The notes beneath the pieces were generated by a model. The model was not told the DNA's origin. It did no database searches and saw only the letters and a list, made by a program, of their open reading frames with translations. 64,000 nucleotides of DNA from Takakia lepidozioides (lineage: Eukaryota > Plantae > Bryophyta), in the NCBI GenBank assembly GCA_030704615.1, contig CM060733.1, forward strand, positions 63,984,001 through 64,048,000, read 5' to 3'. The position numbers and the translations under genes were made by a program. Below, piece after piece: positions 1 through 11,945 of this stretch; position 1 is the first letter of the stretch, and each line of letters opens with the position of its first letter.

Positions 1-1254
1 CAGGAAGTGGAGGGGCATAGGCCCATCACACGGGTGATGGTTAGCCCGCCTCCACACTAGACAAGAGCATTCATGCCAGGCTTTTTTTGCCTAGACACAT
101 ACTTGGTGTGCCTGACATCCTACTTTATAAGCCCCTTAATGCCCCATCACTTCCCCCCCTCGCTAGAGGCTCTCTGCAAACAAATCACCCACCCTAGCTG
201 CTCCATCCTATCAACGATTATGAGAATAACACCCCCTTAATGGCCAAAACACCGAAATGGATTAATGCTCCCCCTTGATCCAGTTATCACCACCACTCCC
301 AACTTAAACCAACAACGGCTACCACCCCCACACCACAGCCCCAAAGGCCATACAAAGCACATAGTAAGCCCCTATCCACTGGCAAAGCTTCATCACCATC
401 TGGCACACTGTTCCCTTCCCATTACACACCCCCTCAATTACAAGCCTCACAGCCGCCGCTGAGGCCCAAATAGTTAACGACCCCAATTAATACATCAACA
501 TGCCCCCGCCGTCCGAAGCAACGCAGCCTCCTCCAAATCTTTCCTACATATAGGCTGCTGCTTCAATGTCATACCCACACTCCCTCCCCCACTCCACCTC
601 CAGCAGCTCCTCCCAAATTCGCAACGCCCACTGCTCGCAATCTACCATCCCCTTTCTCTCTTTCACAGTTACCAACTGTCGACTTTCACTCACGCATGAC
701 TAGCTACAAACTAGGTAGTATCCAGAAACGTGCTGGTAGCATACAGAAAAGCCCCCGCCCATCTCCTACCATAGATACCCGTAGTAAGAAGACCTGCTCT
801 TGCTCACTCTCTGCTTCCCACTCCATGGACAAGGACCACGACATGGATTCTCACCTAGAAGAAGGCATGGACGCTAGTGATATGCACCCGTCGGACGAAC
901 TTTTCTTTGCAGTGGAGAAGTCCATTTAAAACGTAGCCAAATTCGGACTGGGTCAAGTCACCCGGACTGTAGTTACACTCCCTTGAGTTCCATGTCACTC
1001 TTAAGAGAGGGTGTGGAAGATTCAATATGCCGCATACCAGCCTACTCTCTTGTTGAAATCACATACATTATCATAGGATTCTCCATTTTATGTGTTGTTT
1101 TGCCTTTTGGTAGTAATAATAAAGTTTTTGGGTGTATTAAAGGTATTGAATCTCCGTGTTTTTATTTCTGGCGAAATTTCTCCTCATCCTCATTCTCAGT
1201 GGCGGACTCAGAGCTATCCGATGAGCCTGATGACTCCGCGCCCTTTGCCAGAGC

Positions 1255-3761
1255 ACCTAAATGAGGAGGTGAGGAATTGGCAATGTGGTCATTGACCAAA
1301 AATTTCCAGCATCCTCTTTCTGGTCCAAGAAAGCGCGGTATCCATTTTCCAAGGATGGCCACTATCTGTATTTCAGGATCCAGCACCCCCAGCCCTCCTT
1401 TTTTTTTTGGTAAACAGATCTGTATCCAAGCTACCTGTGGTCTCTTGTTGTGAACGGAGCATTCTGCTCCCTATATGAAGTTCCGGAGGAGACGTCTGAT
1501 TTCTTGCATCTCTTTAGAGTTTGGGCGCCATGAGGAGGCATAGTACCATAGACCAGCTGAATGAATCTGATTCACAACTAAGGCTCTTCCAACGAGAGAG
1601 AGATGTTTTGACCCCCAGTAGGTCAATTTTCTCTTTAGCTTGGTTAATGTAGAGGCAAAGATTTGCTGGTCTGTGAGGTTAATTCCAAAGGTATATCCTA
1701 ACAAGGTGGTTGTTTCGCCAGGCTAGAGCCAACTGAGACCCTGATCCACCCCCCAAGAGGGTGGTGAGCCTATAGTTGATGCCGTTAGGTCACCAACGAG
1801 CAAGCTAGAAGTTTTGTTCCAATTAATTTTGAATCCCGAGGCTTTGCAAAAGGTACGCAGAGTATGTCCTGCTTGGTCCAAGTTTTTTGACGTCGCTTGC
1901 AGCATTAAAATGGTGTCATCTACGAACATAGAGTCGGTCAGCTAGGTGTACTGGCCCGTGATATAGTTTGAGACCCTAAGGCCTGTTATGAATTGGTTTT
2001 GCTACAACATATATCCTAGGGTATCTGCCACTACCAGAAACAGAAAGGGTGAGAGGGGACATCCCTGTCTAACCGATCGCTGAAGAGGGAAGGAAGAAGA
2101 CAAGTGGCCATTTACAGTAACCCTACTGGATGAAGAAGTAAGAAGAATCTTAACCCACTTGCAAAAAGAATGAGGGAAGCCAAGTTTTACCAGGGCTGCA
2201 AGCAAGTAAAACCATTCCACCCGATCGAAAGCCTTTTCAAAATCCAAGAGAAGAAGGGCAATGGCTTGATTGGTCCTTAGGGCATAGTCTGGGATTTCCT
2301 GTGCAAGGAGGAGGTTGTCCAGAATATACCAGCCTTTAATAAATCCTGTCTGGTTGGGCCGAATAAGGGATGGTAGAAGAGGTTGAAGTCTAAGGGCGAA
2401 AGCCTTGGCTATGATTTTGTAGGCGACATTCAGAAGGGTTATAGGGCGGTAATTCAAAATATTCGTTCTATCCCCCTTTTTGTACAACAAGGTAATTACC
2501 CCTTGAGCCATTGAAGGTGACGTCTGACCTTGCTGAAACAGATGATTGGCCATAGCTGTAAAATCCCCTAAAATCTCTGGCCACAATGCTTTATAAAACT
2601 CAACAGAAATGCCATCTATACCAGGTGATTTGTTGTTCTGCATCTTAGATAGAGCTTCTTCTAATTCCAAGTCAGAGAAGTCTCCCTCAAGCTGCGCGGC
2701 ATATTCAGGAGAAAGCATGGAAGGGGTGTGAATCAAACAGGCTGTCTGGTCATGAGAAGGATCTAGGGAGGTGCTGTCACTGTGGAAAAGGTGCTGGAAA
2801 TGGCCACCATCAAGGGTTGCCATCGATTTAGGTGTTGTGTTTGAGATCCCCGATGGTTGGGCAACAAGTTCAGAGATGGTTTGAGAAGCTCTTCTCAATC
2901 TGGTTTTGTCGAAGAAGTATTTTGTCATCTTTTCCCCTTTTGTTGACCAGTTAACCCCCGCCTGTAACTTCCACTTTCTCTCCTGGATTTTGTGGTGAAT
3001 GTCAAGATTGTTCCTGGCTTGGACATAAGTTTTGTAAGTATCGTCATCGCAACGACTGGATTCCAATGCATATTGGCATACTCTGAGGCATTTAGATAAG
3101 GCCCTAACCTTTTTCTTTCGGACGACTGCTAATTCTCGGCTTATTCTTTGGCTTTTTGTATTGACCGTTTTTAGCCTGGCCAGGAAGAGCTCAGTTGGGT
3201 TTAGGTCTGGGTTTCCAGCTTGAGACCAAGCCTGCAGAAGACCCTGTTTGAAGGAGGGTCATTTGAGGAGGATATTATTCAGCTTGTAGAGGCCTCTGCC
3301 CCGTCTGCATGAATGAGGGATTGAGATAGAAAGGGTGATTGGTGCATGGTCAAATCCCAAAGGAATGGGTTCCTGCGGGGCTCTTTTAGAGAATTGTACC
3401 AAATTGAGGGAAAGGTAAGCTCTGTCAAGACGAGCCATACTAAGGTCGGTGAGGGTTCTATTATTGGACCATGTAAAGGTGATATTGGATGCTTGACCGA
3501 AAACAAGTGCTGCCTCCTTGAGATTATGTGTTTGAGTTGCGCAAAATTGCAATCTGCCAGGTATCCAAATATCTTTTGCTGCGAGAAAGGGCTGTAAAGA
3601 GGGGGATAACAACATCGTTGTCCCCCCTTTGGTGCCTGAAGAGGTTGGTTTCCAAAGAGAGTTTGTTAAAGGCCATAGATAGTTTTGATTCTCAGCCTTT
3701 TGAGAGATGAAGGGTCACATCCAAGGCCCCCGATGTTCCAGGAATGAAGGTTAAAGGTCAT
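1255..3761 (-). pseudogene. L1-like LINE ORF2 (APE endonuclease + reverse transcriptase), disrupted and 3'-truncated
   Basis: Starts MTFNLHSWNIGGLG at 3761; APE C-terminal motifs FTWSN..ARLDRAYL..DHAPI (ORF 3259-3615); RT motifs KSPGIDG, YRPITLLN, LLDFEKAFDRV, RQGCPLSP (2002-3066), FVDD (1723-1929), GGLGVLD (~1390). Stops, frameshifts and an apparent deletion in APE. Confidence 0.93.
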
Positions 3762-4201
3762 TGGTAGGGTATGGAGGGCCTAGACTGGAAGCCAGATTTG
3801 ATAGCCCTTTGGTACAATATACGAATTTTACCCTATGATCCCTAGGTCGCATCGAGTTGACCCAAATGAGGTTGTCTGGGGGTTTGCGGGTTTTGTTGTG
3901 GATGGTTATGAATACACCCCTAGCTCTGCATGGATATTGGATGTCTGGTATTGGTTGAAACTGCTCTGTTGAAACAGTGGAAATAGTAACAGCCTGGGTA
4001 GTGACTCCAGCCGGGAAAAAAGCAGCTGAGAACAGGTGCTGGAGCTCTGGATATCTTTGGAGAAGAGAACCATCCAAAGGAAGATTCCCAGAGGGAATGA
4101 TGTCAAGCAAATTGCATGCCGGTAGGATGTGTCTCCTTTCTTTATTCTGGCTGAGATGCTTACTTTTACCACATAAAATCCAACATCTGTTAGTATTTCC
4201 T

Positions 4202-4359
4202 AATTGAAGCTGGTAAATGAAACAGGGGAGGGTGAGGCGGGCACCTGAATAGGGGAGGGTAGAGGGGTAGGTGTTAAAACCCTAGGTGGAGAGGTGACTT
4301 GCGAGCTGGCCTGAGAGATGAGTTGAGTGGAGACCGGGATTGGTGGGGGCGATATTTGT
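4202..4359 (-). pseudogene. C-terminal Pro/Ser-rich part of LINE ORF1, separated from the rest by the Gypsy insertion
   Basis: Removing 4360-16169 joins ...PAVETLQ in frame to ISPPPIPVSTQLISQ...SFTSFN*. Confidence 0.7.
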
Positions 4360-4718
4360 TGTCAAGTTAAATAAGCACAGTGTGAAAACAGCTAGAATAA
4401 AACTAGTTATTTGTAGTTAACACTTGGATTTAGGTCAAGTGTTAAATCAGGTGTCAAGTTTAGTTTGACACCTGGTCCGTCTTATCTTCACGAGAGCGGC
4501 AGTCGCGCGGCTCATCTTTCTCGAGTTGAGCCTGCGCGACCGAGCTCCTGTGTGCGTTTAGATCTGAGTTTACTCATGATGGGAGTGTAGGTTGTTGTGG
4601 GGTGGAGTCCCCATAGCTTGGGGTGCCCCTGGCTCGACTACTGTTTTAAAGAGTGATGGTTTTGGATTTCACATTGTTTCTTGTGTGGAGAGCAGTGTCA
4701 TTTGTTAGCTTTCTTATC
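4360..4718 (+). repeat. Terminal repeat A1 (359 bp)
   Basis: Matches 15719-16077 with two transitions seen by eye. Confidence 0.97.
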
Positions 4719-4733
4719 ACTCGAGAAAGATGA
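4719..4733 (+). promoter_or_regulatory. Putative self-priming primer binding site
   Basis: ACTCGAGAAAGATGA lies directly after A1 and is the exact reverse complement of 4512-4526; no TGG-type tRNA PBS is present. Confidence 0.75.
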
Positions 4734-6778
4734 CCTCTTACCTGTGAGTGCAAGGTAGGAGTTGAGGGTTAGCACTTGTACGATTACCTGTGTGTAAGTA
4801 GTGCTTAGTTTTAGAAGCTTAGAAGAAAAAAAAAAAAACAAAACAAAATATGCAGGTTTCGATCAGCGTTGGTTCTGGCATGAGGCCGCCGGGCATGATG
4901 GAGCTACACTGCATGGAAGCAGCCTTTGTTTTGGTCGGTGAGGAGACATCATGGAGTAGCAGCGATTGGCCATTGGGAAACTGACCAAGTGCGAGACTTA
5001 AAGGAGGAGCCTGTGATCGAGCAGATGGGTAGAACTCCCGTGCCTGGAGATGGCCGGGCTGCTCGCCTTAGTTCGATGTGCACAGACCAGTGTTAAATTA
5101 GAACCAGGACAGACCAGAAGCGGTCAGGAAAGGCAGCGGAAGAGCAGGTGGAGCTGGTGTAGCGGAGCCAGTTGAAGGAGGAGCTGTAAATCTGCTCCCT
5201 CCAGTAAATGCAGCGCCGGCAGGTAGAGCATGGCGCAGCGAGCTGGTTGAAGGTGCAGGGCCCGAGAGAGAAAGCCTAGCACAAAGCGATGGAGAACGGG
5301 GAGCCCATTGCTGGCATATCATCAACACTGCAAAACCAGGAGTCTCACAAATCTTCATGCTACTTGTGATTGTGGCTGGAAAGCTGCTTTCACCTGGTCG
5401 ATTATCTGCATAAGCAACCAACTTTCTGACAAAAAGGGTTGTTGGGGGCATTGTTGATTTCGGAGAGTGCAAGGTGCAAAGTCGTTTTCGTTTTTTAAGT
5501 GCTTCAGGTTTGTACAAAGCCAAGTAGCTGTTGCTGCCTTGCACCTTGGGTCCACCATTTTGATGTGGAAACTGGTGGAAAGTCGAATGGTGGTTCACAA
5601 CCCAGCTTTCAACTCAGCACACTGCCCGAGTCCAAGATTGTGGCGATACAGGTCAAGGGAGCTCCAGCTCTATTTGTCTCATCATTGAACACTTCCAACT
5701 GATCACTTGCCTCTACTGTCATTTCGGCGTCAAGGGTACTTACTTCTGCACAGGCGAGCAGGGGAGGAAATGCGAAGACTCGTAGCAGGAGAAGCAATGC
5801 TGACGGATGAGGCCAGCGGACGAGAGCTTCCAAGGGTTGATGGAGAGGCGGTTGAAGGAGGCTGCAGATTGAGTTCCACTTTACTGAGGCAATCGCAAAT
5901 TCCTGTAGAGACTTGATAACTATATGATTGTCTCTCTTATACTGGAGCTGATGCAGATGGACCCAGGCCTTGGGTCTACATGCTGAGCATGGTTCACTTT
6001 CTTTTTCCTGGCAGTGAAGTCGTCTGTGCCTTGTGGGGGTGGTGACGGGGCAATCTGGTGCCTGTTGTCGCCGATCCCTGACCTGTAGAATGCACACAAA
6101 AGCAAACACGAGCAGTAACAGGAAGGCGGAAACCATTCTAAGCCAACAATAATCGTTGGCGAGAGATGCGAATTAGACCAAGTTGATGGAACTTCAAGCT
6201 GGTCTTGGCTTTGGATTCCATGCAAAGACGGCCACATCACAGCAGGCCGCCTGTCCATAAGCCATGAAGGTGCTGCGCAGTGCATCTGCTCTTGAAATCG
6301 CCCCAATTCCTGGTTTGTAGTCTCTAGGTCTCGAGGAGGCAGGCCCACGCGCAGAGAAAGCAAATCGTGATACCCCACCCAACTGAGGTCGAGTGTTGGA
6401 ATTAACGAGCTCTTGGTGCCTGGAGAATCCTGGAGGGGAACGACCTCGGGAACTCGTAGATAACCTGGGAACAGGTTGTAATGGCAAAAGCGTTTTGGTG
6501 TTAAAAAAAAAAAAAACTTTTTTTTTTGATCTAATTTAAATGTTTAAAGAGCCTGGTTGGTCATATCTTTGTCAAATGAGCTCCGTTTGACTCAGTTTTT
6601 GAGGGGATATCTGCAGAAAGGGGAAATCTACCTATCTAGACCTGGTTTCTGTTTTTGGGACTCTGCTAAAAATCTATGGAATTTTTAGAGTGTGAGTGTG
6701 CCATGAAAGATCCACAATCCTGTCTCTAGAACCTGTGCTGGTCTATATGAGAGACAAATTGGTGGATGTACTCCTTGC

Positions 6779-7528
6779 ATGGCTGGGGGAAATGAGGACG
6801 TAATTGAAGGGCAGGTCTCTTCTCTTAGTCTGTGCACACAAGGGGACAGGATTTATGTTTCCCAAGGAACTCAGACTGATTTGAGTGGAGAACAGTTGGA
6901 CGAGTTGATTGCATACTGGGAGTCAGGCATTAGCAGTAGACAACAGACTGCTGTAGTTGGCATTGAGGGCCTCAATATCGCCTTGGACAGTCAGAACTCT
7001 GTTGGAGCCAGCAGTTCTGCAGCTGTAGGTGAAATACCAAAGTGGGTGAAAGCTAGGCTTGGAACACAGCCAAAGACAGCCCCGGGGACCAAGGTGTTCA
7101 GTCACAAGGCCGTGGTGTACTGGAGCAGAGGAGCAGGAGCTACACAAGTTTGTGCAATCAGACATGATTGCAGCCGGATACGCTCTGCACAGGGCAACCA
7201 CGAGCGGGGGTTCATCAGCAATGACATGTTTGTTGTGCGTGAAGGAGATGCAGTCATTCGCAATGAGGACACCCGCAACCGTCTCAAAGCTTTCGAGTTG
7301 AGAGACTATCAAACCCTACCTTTGTTTTCTTTAGTGTTCAGTGAGCGGGAGATAGGGGAGTATTGCTTTGTCTCTACCTGGCAGAAAGAGGAGGAGGGTT
7401 GGTTAGAGCGAGCTACTGTAGCTTGGGACAAGGTTAGTGGCAGGTTTCTGGACATAGATATACCTCCTACACCTTACCATCATGCAGAGCGAGGCACTTT
7501 GAGAGAAGTCTGGCAGTTGATAGCATAG
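6779..7528 (+). CDS. Extra ORF upstream of gag, 249 aa, unknown function
   Basis: ATG-initiated uninterrupted ORF inside the element, same strand as gag-pol; no motif recognised. Confidence 0.5.
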   Translation: MAGGNEDVIEGQVSSLSLCTQGDRIYVSQGTQTDLSGEQLDELIAYWESGISSRQQTAVVGIEGLNIALDSQNSVGASSSAAVGEIPKWVKARLGTQPKTAPGTKVFSHKAVVYWSRGAGATQVCAIRHDCSRIRSAQGNHERGFISNDMFVVREGDAVIRNEDTRNRLKAFELRDYQTLPLFSLVFSEREIGEYCFVSTWQKEEEGWLERATVAWDKVSGRFLDIDIPPTPYHHAERGTLREVWQLIA

Positions 7529-8046
7529 ATCAGGATTAGATCTTGCTTGGTCGGGCTTCTATTCTTCCCCTCCATCTCTGTACTATTTTCATTACCTTGT
7601 ACTTGTAGTTGCCAAAGCCTCTCTTGGTGGAGGCCAGTCAGTCCGGGGTTTTGGGCTGGGATATTCTGCAGGATCAGCGTTGCTGCTGGATTTTGGTGTG
7701 GGGGTGTTGATGTTTTGATTTCTTGTGTTTGGATCCCCCCAACACCTGCATGCTTGACTGTGCGCCATGTTGGTTTTGTGTGGGCGCTTGCTTTCATAGG
7801 GATTAGGCCGGATTTGATCACCGGTCAATCCTAGAGTATGCTGTCGGTGGTGAGGCTGGAGTGATGACCAGCAAGACCACCAGTGTTTCTTCTATGGTGA
7901 GGCTGGGTTGATGACCAGCCAACCATAGGAGTTCTTGCGGTGGATGCAGGTGCAGGTGCCCTGAGCCATTGGGATATGACCCTTAGACTGCAACAGGTGC
8001 CCACCCGTGTCACTATTAGATTAGTACTAGAGCCTTATAGTGTCAC

Positions 8047-9879
8047 GTGGAGGAGGTGCACATTGTGAGTGTCATTACGGAGTTACCCAAGGGTTTTGAG
8101 GGGAGTACGGCTACAAGCAGTGACAGTGAGAGTGGGGTCACAAGACGAGGTATTCGGTTCAGACCACCTTCACCGCCACCCTCAACTACTGTAGCGTCAG
8201 ACACAGACTCGGAGGCTTCATCAACAGGTGTGCACTTTCATTCGCCATTGTTGTGGGACGACATGGAGGAGATGTATGGAGCTACCAAGGGGCCTCGTAG
8301 GTACTCTGGAGCTGTGGGCACAATCGAGTTGGATGACTTTATCCAGGAGTTCGACAGCTGGTGTGATTTGCAGCAGATGCGCAATCCACAGCTATTCACC
8401 CCATTCATGGCGTGGAAGGGACTGTTCCAGCATTTGGAAGGCCCGCCTATGGACGATTACCACGAGTTCAGGCGAGGACATGAAGCAGAGATTGAGGAGT
8501 GGAGGATGTATTGGTCACCTGACTACGTCTCCATTACTCGAGGCACGACGCGACCAGTAGCTGCATCAGTACCAATAGCTCCCACTGCCAGCACTAGTAG
8601 TGGAGCAAGTAGTGCTGGTACTTCTGAAGGTGGTACCAGTTCAAAAGGTGCTTCTCCTGCCACGACTACAACACATTTGCCAAGATTCAACCCGGTGGTG
8701 GAGTTCTTCCAGGAGTTGCGGAGGAACTACCAAGGTGTACGGACAGAGAAGCTGCGAAGTTTGCAAGACTTCCAGCGCAAACCCAGTGAGAGCCTGCGAG
8801 AGGCGTACACTCGTATGAGGCGCTTGATAAGTGTGACCCAAGGGGTTACTGAAGCTCAGGCAATCCAGTTTTGGTATGGAATTCTGGACAAGGAGCTCAA
8901 GAGAAGGGTGCGAGACGCAACCCTGTTACAAGCAGCCCAACCCACATTAGCAGATGTGTTTCTGCTGGCTGAGCGGATTGAGCTCAACATGGTGGAGGAG
9001 CGAGTTGTTACAATTGGATTTGGTAAGGACATGCCTGTACGGGGCACAGCTGTCAGCCCACAAGCACAAGGGACTGCCCAACAGCGTGGTCAGGGGGGCA
9101 AGGTTGCCCAGCCCAAGTTCCATGGAGCTTACAGGGGACCTCAGGTGCAGAGGCCCGTGGCATCTTTTGCAGGCCAACAGCAACCAGGGGTGATATGTTG
9201 GACATGTGGAGGACCCCATGTCAAGAGAGATTGCCCAGAGAGTGGCAGAAGGCCGGCACAAGCACAGCCTGCACAGTTGCAGTGTGGGCATTGTGGCAAG
9301 TATGGGCATGGAGATGCCCAGTGTTATGACTTGCATCCTGAGTTGCGCCCAGGCCAGTTCCAAGGGAACAATGGTGGCCGGGGGCGAGGTGGACCAGCCC
9401 AAAGAGGACGAGGTGGTCGGGCACGAGGTGCAGGCCAAGGGCAACCTCCACATGGCCAAGGACGCGGAGGTCAGGGTGTTGACCAAGGCATGGCCAATCG
9501 GCTTCAGCAGCTAGAGCAGAGGCTCGCTGCCATGGCTATAGCTCAGGCGGTACCGGCTCCCAGGCGGGATGGCCCACCTCCTGCTCCTGAGGGAGGAGAT
9601 ATGGGCGGAATGGGATTCATGTGCGGAGCAGCACTACCATTAGAGCAGGTGGAGTCTGCTGCAGCCGTGACTCGAGGAGCAACACGAGTTCCTGAGCCAC
9701 GAGGTGCAGAGGTGGAGTTGGATCCACAACGTGGGGAGGCAAGCCGTCAGGCAAGGCTGCCTCAGTCATTCACCTTGGCGGAGACAGTGTCAACGCCATC
9801 CATGGCACCTAGTTCTCGCCCGACTGTTACCGAGGCGGAGGTTACTATGCCATTGGGAAGAGCTACCGTGCAGCACTGA
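8047..9879 (+). CDS. gag: Gag (capsid-like region, two zinc knuckles, RGG-rich tail)
   Basis: LQDFQRKPSESLREAYTRMRRL resembles the retrotransposon gag motif; CWTCGGPHVKRDC and CGHCGKYGHGDAQC knuckles. Confidence 0.9.
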   Translation: MEEVHIVSVITELPKGFEGSTATSSDSESGVTRRGIRFRPPSPPPSTTVASDTDSEASSTGVHFHSPLLWDDMEEMYGATKGPRRYSGAVGTIELDDFIQEFDSWCDLQQMRNPQLFTPFMAWKGLFQHLEGPPMDDYHEFRRGHEAEIEEWRMYWSPDYVSITRGTTRPVAASVPIAPTASTSSGASSAGTSEGGTSSKGASPATTTTHLPRFNPVVEFFQELRRNYQGVRTEKLRSLQDFQRKPSESLREAYTRMRRLISVTQGVTEAQAIQFWYGILDKELKRRVRDATLLQAAQPTLADVFLLAERIELNMVEERVVTIGFGKDMPVRGTAVSPQAQGTAQQRGQGGKVAQPKFHGAYRGPQVQRPVASFAGQQQPGVICWTCGGPHVKRDCPESGRRPAQAQPAQLQCGHCGKYGHGDAQCYDLHPELRPGQFQGNNGGRGRGGPAQRGRGGRARGAGQGQPPHGQGRGGQGVDQGMANRLQQLEQRLAAMAIAQAVPAPRRDGPPPAPEGGDMGGMGFMCGAALPLEQVESAAAVTRGATRVPEPRGAEVELDPQRGEASRQARLPQSFTLAETVSTPSMAPSSRPTVTEAEVTMPLGRATVQH

Positions 9880-10189
9880 CACCTACTACCAAGGCTAGTG
9901 CAGCCGGTGTGTTATTGGGAGCAGCCACCTCTGTGTGTCAAGCCCCACTGTTCTCGGCGACCATGATTGCGACGCCGGGAGTGAGACCAGCTGCAGTGTT
10001 CAGACTAGCAGCAACACTCTGCGAGAGTGGAGAGGTCACTTCATCTTCTGCGGAGTTAGTGGAAGGTGTAGTGGCAGAGGGATCCTCGGATTTGAGGGTC
10101 AAGACTGCCACGGCAGCGCCCTGGCAAGCTGCAGCTGCCAGATTGACGGAGCTGCCAGCTAGGCCAGCCTTTGAGCGCGCCATGGTGAC

Positions 10190-10600
10190 ACCTGGAGTTG
10201 TCTTGTTAGACAACCAGGGAGGCATTTTCACTTTGAGTGGACCGGCAGGCAAGCAGTACCGGCCACTGCGGGTCTTGTTGGACTCAGGAGCTCAGCCACT
10301 GATGTTGGGCAGAGCTGCTATTGCAGGTTTGGGCCTCATGGAGGCGGATATGGAGCCTTGTCCTTTCCAGATACAGACATCTCTGGGAGGATCAGAGCAG
10401 GCTCGCGGCATGACATGGCATCAGTGGCTATTAGACTGCAGCCGGATCATCCTGTAGATGGCTCAGTGATGCGAGCCAAGGCCATTGTGACAGACGCGGT
10501 CTCTTACGATGTCCTCGTTGGTGGGGCAGTGTTATACCCCATGGGCTTCACCCTGGATTTCTGGGAGGAGTCAGCATCCTACAGGCCTGGATGGCAGTCA
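10190..10600 (+). CDS. Aspartic protease domain of pol (one frameshift near 10420)
   Basis: RVLLDSGAQPLML catalytic motif at ~10281; YDVLVGGAVL C-terminal motif in the next frame. Confidence 0.85.
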
Positions 10601-10990
10601 GGGGATGGTCGCCGTGCACAGCTCCCTGTGACATTCATTGGGGGTATTGCAGCTGCTCAGCGGGGCAAGATGCCAACACTAGCCGCCTTCACAGCTGCAG
10701 TCAGCTGGCCTGGAGAGTTGCTGGAAGGCAATGCCCATGCAGAGGATGTGCCACCTCCAGCAGAGCAGGATGACATGCATGGTACGGCGGAGTTGCCTGC
10801 CATGGTTGCTCACACTCCGTTGTGGGGTACGAGCAAGGATTTGCAGCACGCTGCTGATGGACGGGTGCAACAAGCTTGGGTAGAAGCTTTTGTACCGTCA
10901 GGAGAGGAGGAGAGTGCGGTGATTGTACCAGGGCCACCTCAGTTGTCGCCATTGGACACCACACCTCTTGTGTGGCAGCGACCGGATGAA

Positions 10991-11945
10991 GGCATATGCC
11001 TTCTGGACTTATTTGGCGGGATCAGCACTGGATTGGCTGCAGTGCTGCAGGCAGGTGTACGAGTTCGACGTTACCTGTATGTGGAGAGGGATGAGACTGC
11101 ACGACGCGTCTCACTGCGCCATGTTGCTCAGATGGTGCAGCAGCACCCTGAGTTGTTGCCGGTGTCTGCAGTTCGTGGATATCAGCAGGCCTTGCCAGCA
11201 GACATTGCGTTGCTGGGGGCGCAGGATTTGGAGCAGGTTGGCTCCATTGATCTGGTAGTGGCAGGTTGGCCCTGCCAAGGGCATTCATCAGCCGGGCATG
11301 GCAATGGATTGCGAGACTCGAGGACGGGTCTGTTTTGGGAGATGGTGCGGATTTTGCGCCACTTGCAGCTTCATTAGGCTGTATCTCCGGCATACATCTT
11401 GGAGAATGTGCCACTGATGGGTGATTCTCGGGCCAGGGTGATGGCCAGTGTGCATCAAGTCCGGTCGTGGCTTGGGTCAGCAGTGTTGCTAGATGCAGCT
11501 GCAGTGGGGTCACGGGCTCATCGTCCACGACTATGGTGGACTAACTTGATGCCACCCGCACTGCTCAAGCGTGCATTTGATGGGGTGCAGCGGCCAGCAC
11601 ACCTCACCGTGGATGGCATTTTGGACACAGGAAGGCAGTCTCAACGTGTGAGACACGATGACCGTTCGCCTTTGGCAGTGGTCAACAGGGTGGGTCAACC
11701 ACGAGCAGCATTACCTACACTGCTCAGCTTCCCAGGATCCTATGCTTTTCGGGATGGTGGACCTGGCCTCCTGTGGGATGCTCAGTTGCAGCAGTTAGTG
11801 GAGCCTAATGCCGACGAGCGAGAGCGGGCTATGGGGTTTTCCACTGGGACCACGGCGGTGCCTTCTCTTTCTGAGGCATCACGTCGTCAGGTGTTGGGGC
11901 AAGCAATGGATCTCAATTGCTTGACCTGGATTGTCAGCTTGGCTA
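10991..11945 (+). CDS. DNMT3-like C5 cytosine DNA methyltransferase domain embedded in pol (in-frame TAG at 11375-11377)
   Basis: Motif I LLDLFGGISTG, II YVERD, IV DLVVAGWPCQGHS, V TGLFWEMVRIL, VI YILENV, VIII AHRPRLWWTNL, IX ERERAMGF, X RRQVLGQAM, in canonical order. Confidence 0.93.

Noticed and set aside
1-1250. Coding remnant left of the LINE truncation
   Set aside because: Stops in the frames examined and no identifiable motif.
4360-4733. Hammerhead ribozyme in the structured repeat
   Set aside because: No CTGANGA...GAAA core in the right arrangement was seen.
4850-6490. Antisense gene in the Gypsy leader (ORFs 5098-5598, 5609-6136, 5920-6378)
   Set aside because: Short overlapping ORFs in different frames with no recognisable motif.
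10991-11945. Bacterial restriction-modification methyltransferase or contamination
   Set aside because: It is contiguous with Gypsy protease and RT inside TSD-bounded termini, has DNMT3-like motifs, and no nuclease partner is present.
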